The translations under genes and the position numbers were made by a program. A stretch of DNA of 64,000 bases from an uncultured delta proteobacterium (GTDB lineage Bacteria; Desulfobacterota; Binatia; UBA9968), in contig CAVUZH010000013.1 of assembly GCA_963745835.1 (NCBI GenBank), positions 608,001 through 672,000 on the forward strand, read 5' to 3'. The notes beneath the pieces are model-generated. The model had not been told where the DNA came from, made no database searches, and saw only the letters and a program-made list of their open reading frames with translations. Positions 21,256-29,495 of this stretch are shown here, one piece after another. The stretch's first letter is position 1. Every line of letters starts with the position of its first letter.

Positions 21256-21747
21256 ATGGCCAAAGAGACTAAGTCGGCGGTGACAATGAGGGTTCGGGTT
21301 GGTGACAGCGAATTGGAAGTAAGTGGGCCAAAAGAGTTTGTCGAGGAAAAGATTGACGAATTCTTGAAAAAGTCTCGACAGACGGTCGTGACCCCTTCCC
21401 ACCAGCATTCGACGTCGCTCGCCGAATCAGTCGAGACCACGGTAAGGAAGATGTCACTGGCTCAATTTTTTAAGAAAACTAGCCCGCAAACAGACAATGA
21501 TCGTGTTCTTTTGGCCGCATATTTTAGAGAAAAAATGCAAAATGCTGAGAATTCCACAGCGGCTGAGATTCGAGACATGATTAGAGATGCGAAGCGCCCT
21601 CCGCCGAAGAATACGAGCGATGCAGTAAATCAAAATATAAAAAAGGGCCTGCTTATGGCGGCTGGTGACCGCGACAACAAGATGGCGTTTGTTGTAACTA
21701 CGGATGGTGAGGAATCAGTCGCTGAAATGCTTGAATCCACAAAATAG
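21256..21747 (+). CDS. Hypothetical protein: small N-terminal domain + C-terminal winged-helix-like domain
   Basis: SD GAGGAG. RVGDSELEVSGPKEFVEE N-domain; SLAQFF...LLAAYF...TAAEIRD...NTSDAVNQNIKKGLL...FVVTTDGEE wHTH-like pattern. Confidence 0.7.
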   Translation: MAKETKSAVTMRVRVGDSELEVSGPKEFVEEKIDEFLKKSRQTVVTPSHQHSTSLAESVETTVRKMSLAQFFKKTSPQTDNDRVLLAAYFREKMQNAENSTAAEIRDMIRDAKRPPPKNTSDAVNQNIKKGLLMAAGDRDNKMAFVVTTDGEESVAEMLESTK

Positions 21748-21753
21748 CTGCTT

Positions 21754-22599
21754 GTGGACGCCTCTGCTTTCGATCCTTTCAGATCTGAACTGCGAGCGCT
21801 TAGTCAGGCCGTTGCCAGCCTGGAACCCAAAACCATACGCAACGTAGACCTTCGCGAACGATTCCGAACGGTCTTTCGTGTTTGGATTACTAACGTCGAG
21901 CCGGGCTTACGAACGACTGTTTCAAATACGCGCGACCTAGTCAAACTGTCGGCAGAACTTGAAAGACTAGCTCAGCTCACATCAAAAATTAAGCCGGTCT
22001 CTGAATATCGAAAGCGATTGCGGCGAGCGATCGAACTGGCCGACGGGTTAGTGCTTTATTTACCCGCGAGCGGTGACACTAAACACCCAACGATTGGGCC
22101 ACGCCATGAGCTGTTTATTCCAAGTATTCCGGATCTGCCGCTGAGTTTAGTCCCAAATCCGATCGTCGGGTGGCGAAGTAAGTTGGAAACGTTTTTGAGG
22201 GAGCACCCCTTTGAGAAATCCGTCTTCATCATGATCCGCTACCGTAAGCGCAATGCTTCTTTGATAAAGGCTGTAAAAAACATCCTGCGAGAGCACGATC
22301 TGTTCGGCGTTCTTGCGTCAGATCACACGTTAACAGATGATCTTTACAATCCAATTGCGTGCCTACTTTGTTGCGCTCGTGGAATTGCCATTTTTGATCA
22401 AGGTGAGACCGATCAGCAGTTCAATCCGAATGTGGCGTACGAATTGGGGATGCTGCACTTGCTCAGTCGACCTTGTTTGATTTTGAAGCATAGGAGTCTG
22501 CAAAGCCTTCAAACGGACATTCTAATGAAGCTATACCAGCCTTATGCGACATTAAAGGAAGCTGCAAATTTTGTTTCCAAGTGGTCACAGCCCGATTGA
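21754..22599 (+). CDS. Hypothetical protein with C-terminal nucleoside 2-deoxyribosyltransferase/TIR-like domain
   Basis: SVFIMIRY beta-1, GIAIFD, NPNVAYELG (catalytic-Glu motif), PCLILK, LQTDI; 6 bp after the upstream gene. Confidence 0.72.
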   Translation: MDASAFDPFRSELRALSQAVASLEPKTIRNVDLRERFRTVFRVWITNVEPGLRTTVSNTRDLVKLSAELERLAQLTSKIKPVSEYRKRLRRAIELADGLVLYLPASGDTKHPTIGPRHELFIPSIPDLPLSLVPNPIVGWRSKLETFLREHPFEKSVFIMIRYRKRNASLIKAVKNILREHDLFGVLASDHTLTDDLYNPIACLLCCARGIAIFDQGETDQQFNPNVAYELGMLHLLSRPCLILKHRSLQSLQTDILMKLYQPYATLKEAANFVSKWSQPD

Positions 22600-22781
22600 C
22601 CTATATAGCAGGTTGCGTAATCTCACCAATGTCTCTCTCGACAGCAGTGTTGCGCAAAAAGAAGCTTTGGATCGAACATTGGTAATGCCTGAGTATTTAA
22701 TCATTCTTCTGACTCGCCCTGTGCAGGGGGTTCCTTCGAGACGTCTCTGGCGTGAACCCTGCGGTAGGACGACGCGAACGC

Positions 22782-22838
22782 GTGGGATATGGGATATTAT
22801 GGGATATGGGATATTAGGGACGTGGGATATTAGGGACG
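22782..22838 (+). repeat. Tandem truncated reiterations of the transposon left-end junction (gggatat...)
   Basis: gtgggatat gggatattat gggatat gggatattagggac gtgggatattagggacgctg: five nested copies of the same start. Confidence 0.85.
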
Positions 22839-23882
22839 CTGTTGACTAACTGGACAAACTAGAATAGAGAGGGAGAGAATCGATAAGGGCTACACCGTAT
22901 GCCGAGGCAGGCTAGACTGGATAGTCCCGGGACACTGCACCATGTAATGATCCGAGGGATTGAAAAGAAGCGGATCGTCGTTGACGAGCAAGACCGAAAA
23001 GACTTTGTGCGCCGATTGGGTTTATTGGCCGTGGAAACGAAGACGGCGGTCTATGCATGGGCGTTGATGAGTAACCATGCTCATTTGCTGGTTTGCAGCG
23101 GGACTGCGGGGTTAGCCAAGTTTATGCGGCGATTTTTGACCGGTTACGCGGTGAGTTACAACCTGCGCCATCGCCGCCAGGGTCATCTTTTTCAGAACCG
23201 TTACAAATCGATGGTGTGCGACGGCGACAGCTATTTCACCGAGCTGGTGCGCTACATCCACTTAAATCCGTTAAGAGTGGAGTTGGTAAAGGATTTGAGG
23301 CAACTGGAGAGATATCCCTATTGTGGACATGGAACAATCTTGGGAGCGCAATCAAACGCCTGGCAAGACCGCGACAGCGTGTTGGCCCAATTTAGCCAAC
23401 GCGAAGCGGAAGCGAAGGAGGCATACCGGCGCTATATTGCCGAAGGAGTCGTGCTGGGGCGGCGGCCGGAGCTGGTTGGGGGGAGTGGATCGGTTGGCGA
23501 ATGGTTTGCGGTGAAATCCCAGCGGCGACGCAGGATTGAAGAGTCAACTGATGAGCGGATTTTGGGCAGCGGAGCATTCGTAAAGCGTGTTCTAAAAGAA
23601 GCAGATGCGCGGACACTCCGGCAAAACGCCTTCAAGAAAACCAAACGCTATGCGGAGCGTGTCGTTGCCGCGACCTGCAAGAAAGACGGCATATCGCTAA
23701 CAGAACTCCGAAGCGGGAGCCGCCGTGGGAAACTGCCCGCCGTGAGAGTGAAGATCGTTCAGGGGCTTGTGGAGGATTATGGCGTGCCGATCGCCGAGGT
23801 CGCTCGCCAAGTGGGTATCTCGACATCTGGAGTTTCAAAGATTCTGACACGAAGTTTGTCCAGCTAGTCAACAGCGTCCCTA
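22831..23882 (+). mobile_element. Y1/HUH transposase element bounded by 30-bp inverted repeats
   Basis: Left tagggacgctgttgactaactggacaaact (22831-22860); right agtttgtccagctagtcaacagcgtcccta (23853-23882); 29 of 30 complementary. The right repeat overlaps the stop codon. Confidence 0.85.
22899..23867 (+). CDS. REP-associated-type tyrosine transposase (Y1_Tnp, HUH) with C-terminal HTH
   Basis: HHVMIRG, MSNHAHLL (HUH), LFQNRYKS, YIHLNP (catalytic Tyr), C-terminal IAEVARQVGISTSGVSKIL HTH; intact ORF. Confidence 0.93.
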   Translation: MPRQARLDSPGTLHHVMIRGIEKKRIVVDEQDRKDFVRRLGLLAVETKTAVYAWALMSNHAHLLVCSGTAGLAKFMRRFLTGYAVSYNLRHRRQGHLFQNRYKSMVCDGDSYFTELVRYIHLNPLRVELVKDLRQLERYPYCGHGTILGAQSNAWQDRDSVLAQFSQREAEAKEAYRRYIAEGVVLGRRPELVGGSGSVGEWFAVKSQRRRRIEESTDERILGSGAFVKRVLKEADARTLRQNAFKKTKRYAERVVAATCKKDGISLTELRSGSRRGKLPAVRVKIVQGLVEDYGVPIAEVARQVGISTSGVSKILTRSLSS

Positions 23883-24115
23883 GCTCACTCAATTTGCTGT
23901 TTTCGGCAAACGTTAAAGGACAGTGTCTCGGTTCACAAATTCCTTGCCGGCCGTACTTACACGTGCCGTGGTGGCCAGAAGCCCATGCTTTGCACTACGT
24001 CTGCCCAAGCCTTTCCATCAGGAAAAACTTGACATCTCTCCCGGTCCTGCGATATGGGTTCGGCCTATAAAAAACGTCGTTTAAATTCTATTCATTCGAC
24101 GAGGCGCATCACACG

Positions 24116-24622
24116 ATGACACACACGATCGAAGCGCATCCGCTGCCGGCTCCAACGCGCGCGCCGGTGTTCAAGGGCATCACACTTGCCGTTCTCCTCG
24201 TCGTGATCGCCGGCTGCGCCACTGGCGACGTCGGGACCAAGACGGCGGTCGGGGGACTGGGCGGGGCAGCGCTCGGTGGCCTCATCGCGAGCGCCGCAGG
24301 AGGCGGGGGTACGGCCATCGCCGCGGGCGTGGTCGGAGGCGCCCTGGTCGGTGGGCTCGTGGGCAGCATGCTCGACGAGCGAGACAAGCGTATGGTGGCG
24401 GAAAGCCAAAAACGCGCGCTGGAAACGACCCCGTCGGGCCAGAGCGTGGCGTGGAACAACCCCGACAGCGGTCGTTCCGGCTCCGTGACACCCATCCGAA
24501 CGTATCAGTCCGGCGGGACCTACTGCCGCGAGTATCAACAGACCGTGACCATTGGGGGCAAGCAGGAACAGTCGTACGGGACGGCGTGCCGTCAGCCCGA
24601 TGGCAGCTGGAAGGTGGGCTGA
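24116..24622 (+). CDS. Glycine-zipper lipoprotein, RT0821/Lpp0805 (17-kDa surface antigen) family
   Basis: IAGC lipobox, GxxxG zipper, [31 protein letters not shown]. Confidence 0.9.
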   Translation: MTHTIEAHPLPAPTRAPVFKGITLAVLLVVIAGCATGDVGTKTAVGGLGGAALGGLIASAAGGGGTAIAAGVVGGALVGGLVGSMLDERDKRMVAESQKRALETTPSGQSVAWNNPDSGRSGSVTPIRTYQSGGTYCREYQQTVTIGGKQEQSYGTACRQPDGSWKVG

Positions 24623-24623
24623 G

Positions 24624-25049
24624 ATGGTCCGCCGACTCGTGCCCGGGGCGCGTCCCTGGTGGTGGCCGAGCCTCGCCGTCCTCTCCCTGGTCGTCATGGC
24701 CGCGTTCTCGGCGTCCGCCCAGGCGCCCGGGCCATCCGACTTGGGCCAGATCTTCAAGGACCATGATCGGAACAGCGACCGCACGCTCGACCGGGAGGAG
24801 TTTCACCTCATGATCGTCGAGGCGTTCTTCTTTCGCGATCGCGACAAGGACGGCTACCTGGTCATCGTGGAGCTGACCGAGCTGAGCGCCGAAGGCTTCC
24901 GAGCGGCCGACCGGGATGGTGACGGCCGGCTCTCCCTGCAAGAATATGGTAACGCACTCTTCAAGGATTTCGATTCCGCCGATCGCGATACGGACGGCGT
25001 GCTCACCTACGAGGAGATCGAGATCTACATCCGCACCACGCGCCGCTGA
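24624..25049 (+). CDS. Secreted EF-hand protein
   Basis: Signal peptide then four DxDxDGxLxxxE-like loops ([44 protein letters not shown]). Confidence 0.85.
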   Translation: MVRRLVPGARPWWWPSLAVLSLVVMAAFSASAQAPGPSDLGQIFKDHDRNSDRTLDREEFHLMIVEAFFFRDRDKDGYLVIVELTELSAEGFRAADRDGDGRLSLQEYGNALFKDFDSADRDTDGVLTYEEIEIYIRTTRR

Positions 25050-25084
25050 GGGCACCCGCCGAGAACTGCTTCCCAAGAGACCAA

Positions 25085-25710
25085 ACAAGCTCAGGGGCCC
25101 AGGCGACAGCGGCAAGACGGGATCTTTGCGATCCAATGCTTGAATCGCGGTTTTCTCATCGACAGAGAATATTGCCGCGTGTTGAGGAGGATTCAAATAC
25201 AACCGATAATGTCGGCGCCTTGCTCTCAAAATCAGCATCCTGGCTTGCCATGTAACGCTCAAGGCGATGCGGTTTGAGCCGTGCTTGGTCCACACCGCGC
25301 AACGCTCATGTGCGAAACATCACCGAATTGAGCCGACAGCTTGCGACTGCTCCAGTGAGTAGAGCCATCCACGGGCTTTCTCTGGGTGGTCCATTTAAGA
25401 ATGCGGGCCTCCTGGTCGTTCGCTGCCACGGCGGCGCTCGGCCTGCATGGCGCGAGTAAAGTCCGGCCAAGCGCTCAGCAACAAATCGGCTCTTCCACGA
25501 GCGATGAAATTGGTGTCGCAGTCCAGTTTCTCGCGAATCGAGCCGTAACGCTCGCCATCGGCGAGCAACAAGATCAACCGCGCCCGTCGGGCTTGCGCAG
25601 CATCGCGCGATTGACCTCGCTACCCATCGATTCAATTCTTGTCGCTCGCTCGTTTCAATGTGATTTTATCCATCAAAGCTTAGACGCTTTTCATGGTTAC
25701 AATTCACTAG
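25085..25710 (-). mobile_element. Degraded IS630-family element
   Basis: [35 protein letters not shown] (first D of the DDE triad), ILLLADGERYGSIREKLDC N-terminal HTH, LAGLYSRHAGR. Many frameshifts; probable end ...ggttacaattcactag at 25710. Confidence 0.85.
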
Positions 25711-25904
25711 CTGCGCGTCGTGCTGAGATCCTCGAGTTGCTAGAGTCTAATTGGTTCTTCTGCAGGCCTTTCCGCGATTCCGCAATCACACAAAAAAATG
25801 AATCCGAGTCCGTGCATAGTCCGTGCGCTCCATCACAACGGGACCCAAAGCGATCATCCTAAATATCAGCTTTCCCTCGTACGAGAAATATTACGGCATC
25901 GGAC

Positions 25905-26088
25905 GGGGTTAGCTCTTGGGGTGCCACATCAGTGCTGATAAAAAACATTCTACCTATAGCACGACCCTCCGACTTGAATTTGCCGGTGCCATCTACCATC
26001 TGACCGGCGGGCAACGCACGCCAGAAATTGTTTTTTACTGATGCCGACCGAGAGCTATTTCTGAGTACTCTAGCCGCGGTTGTCAGGT
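25905..26088 (+). pseudogene. Left end + 5' relic of a Y1/HUH transposase
   Basis: ggggttagctcttggggtgccacat end motif, then (M)ARP.RLEFAGAIYHLT..GNARQKLFFTDADRELFLSTL with frameshifts. Confidence 0.75.
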
Positions 26089-26161
26089 GCGCGGCGGCTC
26101 ATTTCGGATGGCAGCAAATGATGTTGTTATTTTCAATATCTGACAAAGATGCGATAAATGT

Positions 26162-26800
26162 TCACTTGAACGCATCCTGCGCTGCGTGTTTCGCTAATTC
26201 AACAATTGAAGGCTCTGCTTTTGCGATGGATCCAGAATCGAAAGGCGGTTTTGGATCGTATTCGATAATCAATTGAATGGTCTTCGCCATCTCCGGTCCT
26301 GAGACCTCCTGCGCAAGGTGAAGAGCCATATCAATGCCCGAGGAAACCCCAGCCGCGGTGATGATTTTTCCTTGCCGAACAACTCGCTCACTCAGGTACT
26401 GAGCTCCGAACTTCTCCAGAACATCTCGGGCATACCAATGCGTTGTTGCCTGCAGCCCTTTTAAAAGCCCTGCCGCGCCGAGTATTAGTGATCCGGTGCA
26501 GACAGAGGTAGTCCACTTCGAAGTTTCGTGTGCTTTTCTAAGCCAGGAGAGTATGCGCGGATCTTCGGCCGCGACCATCGTTCCCTTTGTTCCCCCCGAA
26601 ACCACAATGATTTCAGGATCCGAGATATCATTCAGCGTGTAATCTGCCATAACAGAAAGAAAGTTCGTATGCGCTCGCTTCGGACCGAGTTCGGTAGAAA
26701 CAAAGTGGACCTTTGCTCCCGGTAAACAACTCAGGACTTCATAAGGACCGACCGCATCGAGCGCGGTGAAACCATCGTAGATCAAAATCGCAATCTTCAT
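26162..26800 (-). CDS. DJ-1/PfpI family protein (isonitrile hydratase-like)
   Basis: LDAVGPYEV, SVCTGSL catalytic Cys, TAAGVSSGID, IEYDPKPPFDSG; SD AAGGAGG. Confidence 0.92.
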   Translation of the reverse strand: MKIAILIYDGFTALDAVGPYEVLSCLPGAKVHFVSTELGPKRAHTNFLSVMADYTLNDISDPEIIVVSGGTKGTMVAAEDPRILSWLRKAHETSKWTTSVCTGSLILGAAGLLKGLQATTHWYARDVLEKFGAQYLSERVVRQGKIITAAGVSSGIDMALHLAQEVSGPEMAKTIQLIIEYDPKPPFDSGSIAKAEPSIVELAKHAAQDAFK

Positions 26801-27032
26801 GAATCCTCCTTAAGAAAACCATTGTACTGTAACAGACGATACTCGGGATTGGATGGTCGAAAAATTCCAACTGGGCAAAAGTAAAACTCAGCGCTGCTCT
26901 TCGCCGGCAACTCGATGATTCAGGAGATGACGCGCTCGAGATTGTTGGCGAGGGATGTCGCGTCAGTCATCATGCCTGTTGCCAGATACGCTGCCGGCGT
27001 GAATCCTTCAACGGTAGAGATCGAGCGTGTGG

Positions 27033-27983
27033 TTATTGCACTTTTTCTAACTGCAGCGCGAGCCCTTCAATTTGCTCTTGCCAATAGTGCTCGGTACCGA
27101 AGTCAGGAAATGCCGCTTTGAAAGCGCTGTCTTCCCAACGGCGCGCGATCCACGCGGAAAAATGAATCATGCGAAGCGCCCGCAATGGTTCCATGAGCTG
27201 CATAGTACTCATGTCGAAACTTCGCATCTGTTCGTATGCCTGGAGCAAGATACGCCTTTGCTCTTTCCCGTAGTCGTCGTCTGCGCCCGTGAGCATCCAG
27301 ATGTCTTGAATGGGAGGCGCGTAGAGCATGTCGTCGAAATCGATGAAACACGGATCGTCTCTATTCCACAAGATGTTTCCGGAGTGACAATCTCCGTGGA
27401 GCAGAATGTACTGGACTCCCTCAAACCGAGGAGTAATCGCGTCACAAATTTGCGTGACGATCGTTTCGAATCGACTCGCGAGTTCCATCGGAACGAAGTG
27501 TCCGTCTTTTAAGAATTTCAAAGGGTCTCGGCCATAGGTTTGAGGATCAAGTCGTAACCGGGGCGCGGCTTTTACGGTCGCGCCAATGTTATGAAGGCGA
27601 GCCATGAACCTTCCCAGACGCGTCAGCTGTTCCCTCGTCAGTTCCGGCTCCAGTCGGCCGGGACGCTTTGGAAAGATTGTGAACATGACTTCGTTAATTT
27701 CAAAAATACTTTGTCCCTTGTCATCCGTGAGTGGCGAGACGACGGGAATTTCACTTTCTTCAAGGGCCTTCAGAAAATCGTGCTCGGCCTGAATCGTGGC
27801 ACGACTCCAGCGGTCGGGGCGGTAGAATTTGACGATGACGTGCGGGCCTTCTTCCATCTCGATGTCGTATACACGGTTTTCCAGCGCATTAAGCGCGTAC
27901 AAGCGACCGGTGCAACGCCCGCCCAACTTCTCGGCGGCCTCGAAAATAACCTCTGGAAGAATCTGCAGGAAGTTGTCTTGCAT
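27033..27983 (-). CDS. srkA: Ser/Thr protein kinase RdoA/SrkA (YihE) family
   Basis: LENRVY, VKFYRPDRW, LHGDCHSGN, FIDFDD, QDIWM, AWIARRWED.AF..AFP. Confidence 0.9.
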   Translation of the reverse strand: MQDNFLQILPEVIFEAAEKLGGRCTGRLYALNALENRVYDIEMEEGPHVIVKFYRPDRWSRATIQAEHDFLKALEESEIPVVSPLTDDKGQSIFEINEVMFTIFPKRPGRLEPELTREQLTRLGRFMARLHNIGATVKAAPRLRLDPQTYGRDPLKFLKDGHFVPMELASRFETIVTQICDAITPRFEGVQYILLHGDCHSGNILWNRDDPCFIDFDDMLYAPPIQDIWMLTGADDDYGKEQRRILLQAYEQMRSFDMSTMQLMEPLRALRMIHFSAWIARRWEDSAFKAAFPDFGTEHYWQEQIEGLALQLEKVQ

Positions 27984-28010
27984 GGCTTTATCCTAGACCA
28001 GTGAAGCATC

Positions 28011-28200
28011 GGGCGTCAGGTCTTTACTTTTGCTGTTACCGTTATGACTGCGAGTATTCGCCTGATTGTAGAATCTTGTAGATTCGAAGTAGGCGCTCTG
28101 GGGTCAGGGTAGTGCCCAGGCGATCACGATAGAGCACTTAGGGGGTCACGATCGGTCAGGTCTTGCCGTGCCACATCATTCATTTCATTTGCTCAATCTG
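28011..28200 (+). repeat. Cluster of Y1-element end motifs
   Basis: gggcgtcaggtctttact (28011), ggggtcaggg (28100), gggggtcacgatcggtcaggtcttgccgtgccacat (28141-28176). Confidence 0.65.
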
Positions 28201-28230
28201 TTTGAGTCTACGCGCTACTGATTCTCTCGG

Positions 28231-29301
28231 TTATTTCGGAAAAATTTTTAACTTGTCGGCCGGTAGGCGCACGTGCGCTTTGCTCCCGGGTACCAATTTT
28301 CCGTCCGCTTGGGTGGTCTTGCCACGCAGCCTGGTACCGCCGATCGATAGATTGTAAACGGTGATGTCGCCAAGAAATGTCTTGGACAGAAGCTCTGCGG
28401 CAAACTCGTTACTTGCACCGCTGCACTCGCGCGAAACGGCCACATCTTCCGGACGAATTGCCACGATGACATCCTTGGCGCCGTTGGGGAGCGCACAATC
28501 TAACACTCCCACATCGAGCTTTACCCGGCCATCACTTTGGACCGAGCCTGCGAATTCATTCATCGATCCGAGGAACTCCCCGACCCTGCGATCCCGTGGT
28601 CCATCGTATAGCTCTTGCGGCGCGCCGATCTGGAGAATCTTACCGCCGCTCATAACCGCAATTCGGTCGGCCAGCGCCATCGCTTCGACTTGATCATGGG
28701 TGACGTACAGCACGGTGATGCTGAGCTTGGTTGCAAGAAGGCGGATCTCGTCGCGAACTTCTTCACGTAGCCGCGCATCCAAATTGCTCAGAGGTTCGTC
28801 CATGAGCAGCACTTTGGGCTCGACCGCTAGCGCCCGCGCCAGCGCCACCCTTTGCTGTTGGCCGCCGCTCAAAAAGGGCACGGGTCGATCGGCAAGCGCC
28901 GCCAGTTGAACCAGCTCCAGTGCGCCCATAACACGCTCGCGAATTTTGGCGCGCGCTAGTCTGCGCTTGCCGTTAGCCAGGGGAAAAGCGACGTTCTGGA
29001 AAACTGTCATGTGCGGCCAAACCGCATAAGATTGAAAAACCATACCGAGCGCGCGATCTTCGACCGGGATAAAAATTCCCCGCTTCGGCGCGCTTACGGT
29101 TTCGTCACCGAGCTTTATTTCTCCAACTTCGGGTTTTTCCAAGCCGGCGACGCACCGAAGCAATGTCGTCTTGCCCGAACCGCTCAGCCCGAGCAACACA
29201 AAAAACTCCTGCTCGCGCACTTCCAAGTCGACGGCGTCCACCGCGCGAACCACATCGCCGCCGCTCTTGAAGATCTTTGTCAGTGAACGAATATCGATCA
29301 T
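28231..29301 (-). CDS. ABC transporter ATP-binding protein (FbpC/PotA-like)
   Basis: GLSGSGKTT Walker A, LSGGQQQRVALARAL, LLMDEPLSNLD, YVTHDQ, TOBE-like C-terminus. Confidence 0.95.
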   Translation of the reverse strand: MIDIRSLTKIFKSGGDVVRAVDAVDLEVREQEFFVLLGLSGSGKTTLLRCVAGLEKPEVGEIKLGDETVSAPKRGIFIPVEDRALGMVFQSYAVWPHMTVFQNVAFPLANGKRRLARAKIRERVMGALELVQLAALADRPVPFLSGGQQQRVALARALAVEPKVLLMDEPLSNLDARLREEVRDEIRLLATKLSITVLYVTHDQVEAMALADRIAVMSGGKILQIGAPQELYDGPRDRRVGEFLGSMNEFAGSVQSDGRVKLDVGVLDCALPNGAKDVIVAIRPEDVAVSRECSGASNEFAAELLSKTFLGDITVYNLSIGGTRLRGKTTQADGKLVPGSKAHVRLPADKLKIFPK

Positions 29302-29313
29302 TTTTGCTTAGCC

Positions 29314-29457
29314 GGCTGTTGAAAAAGTCCCACCTGCTTCGTTGCGCTCGAGCGATTTCGCGTCAACGTACAAGAGTACGCCTCCACTCGTCGCTCTTCG
29401 CCCGCCTCGCATCTGAGACCTTTTTGAACAGCCTTGACGCAGTTTGTTCAACACTCT
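29314..29457 (+). mobile_element. MITE-like palindromic element, family A, copy 2
   Basis: ggctgttgaaaaag...ctttttgaacagcc plus distal ttcaacactct; internal sequence homologous to the 9401 copy. Confidence 0.75.
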
Positions 29458-29495
29458 TTAGGCGTTGAGGCTCTACTCACGCAGTCACCCATCTT

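Noticed and set aside
21060-22780. Retron, CBASS or Thoeris assignment for the wHTH + NDT/TIR-like pair
   Set aside because: No reverse transcriptase, cyclase, SIR2/Macro partner or recognisable msr-msd in the vicinity.
22782-22838. gggatat tandem tract as a CRISPR array or simple microsatellite
   Set aside because: Units are 7-16 nt, of unequal length, with no spacers and no cas genes. They are nested prefixes of the transposon junction.
24282-25295. 337-aa minus-strand ORF as a real fusion protein
   Set aside because: It is a short IS630 fragment running into the antisense of the EF-hand and lipoprotein genes.
20996-28030. Composite transposon formed by matching gtcaggtctttacttt ends at 21.0 and 28.0 kb
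   Set aside because: The two ends face away from each other relative to the intervening DNA, so they do not delimit it as one element.
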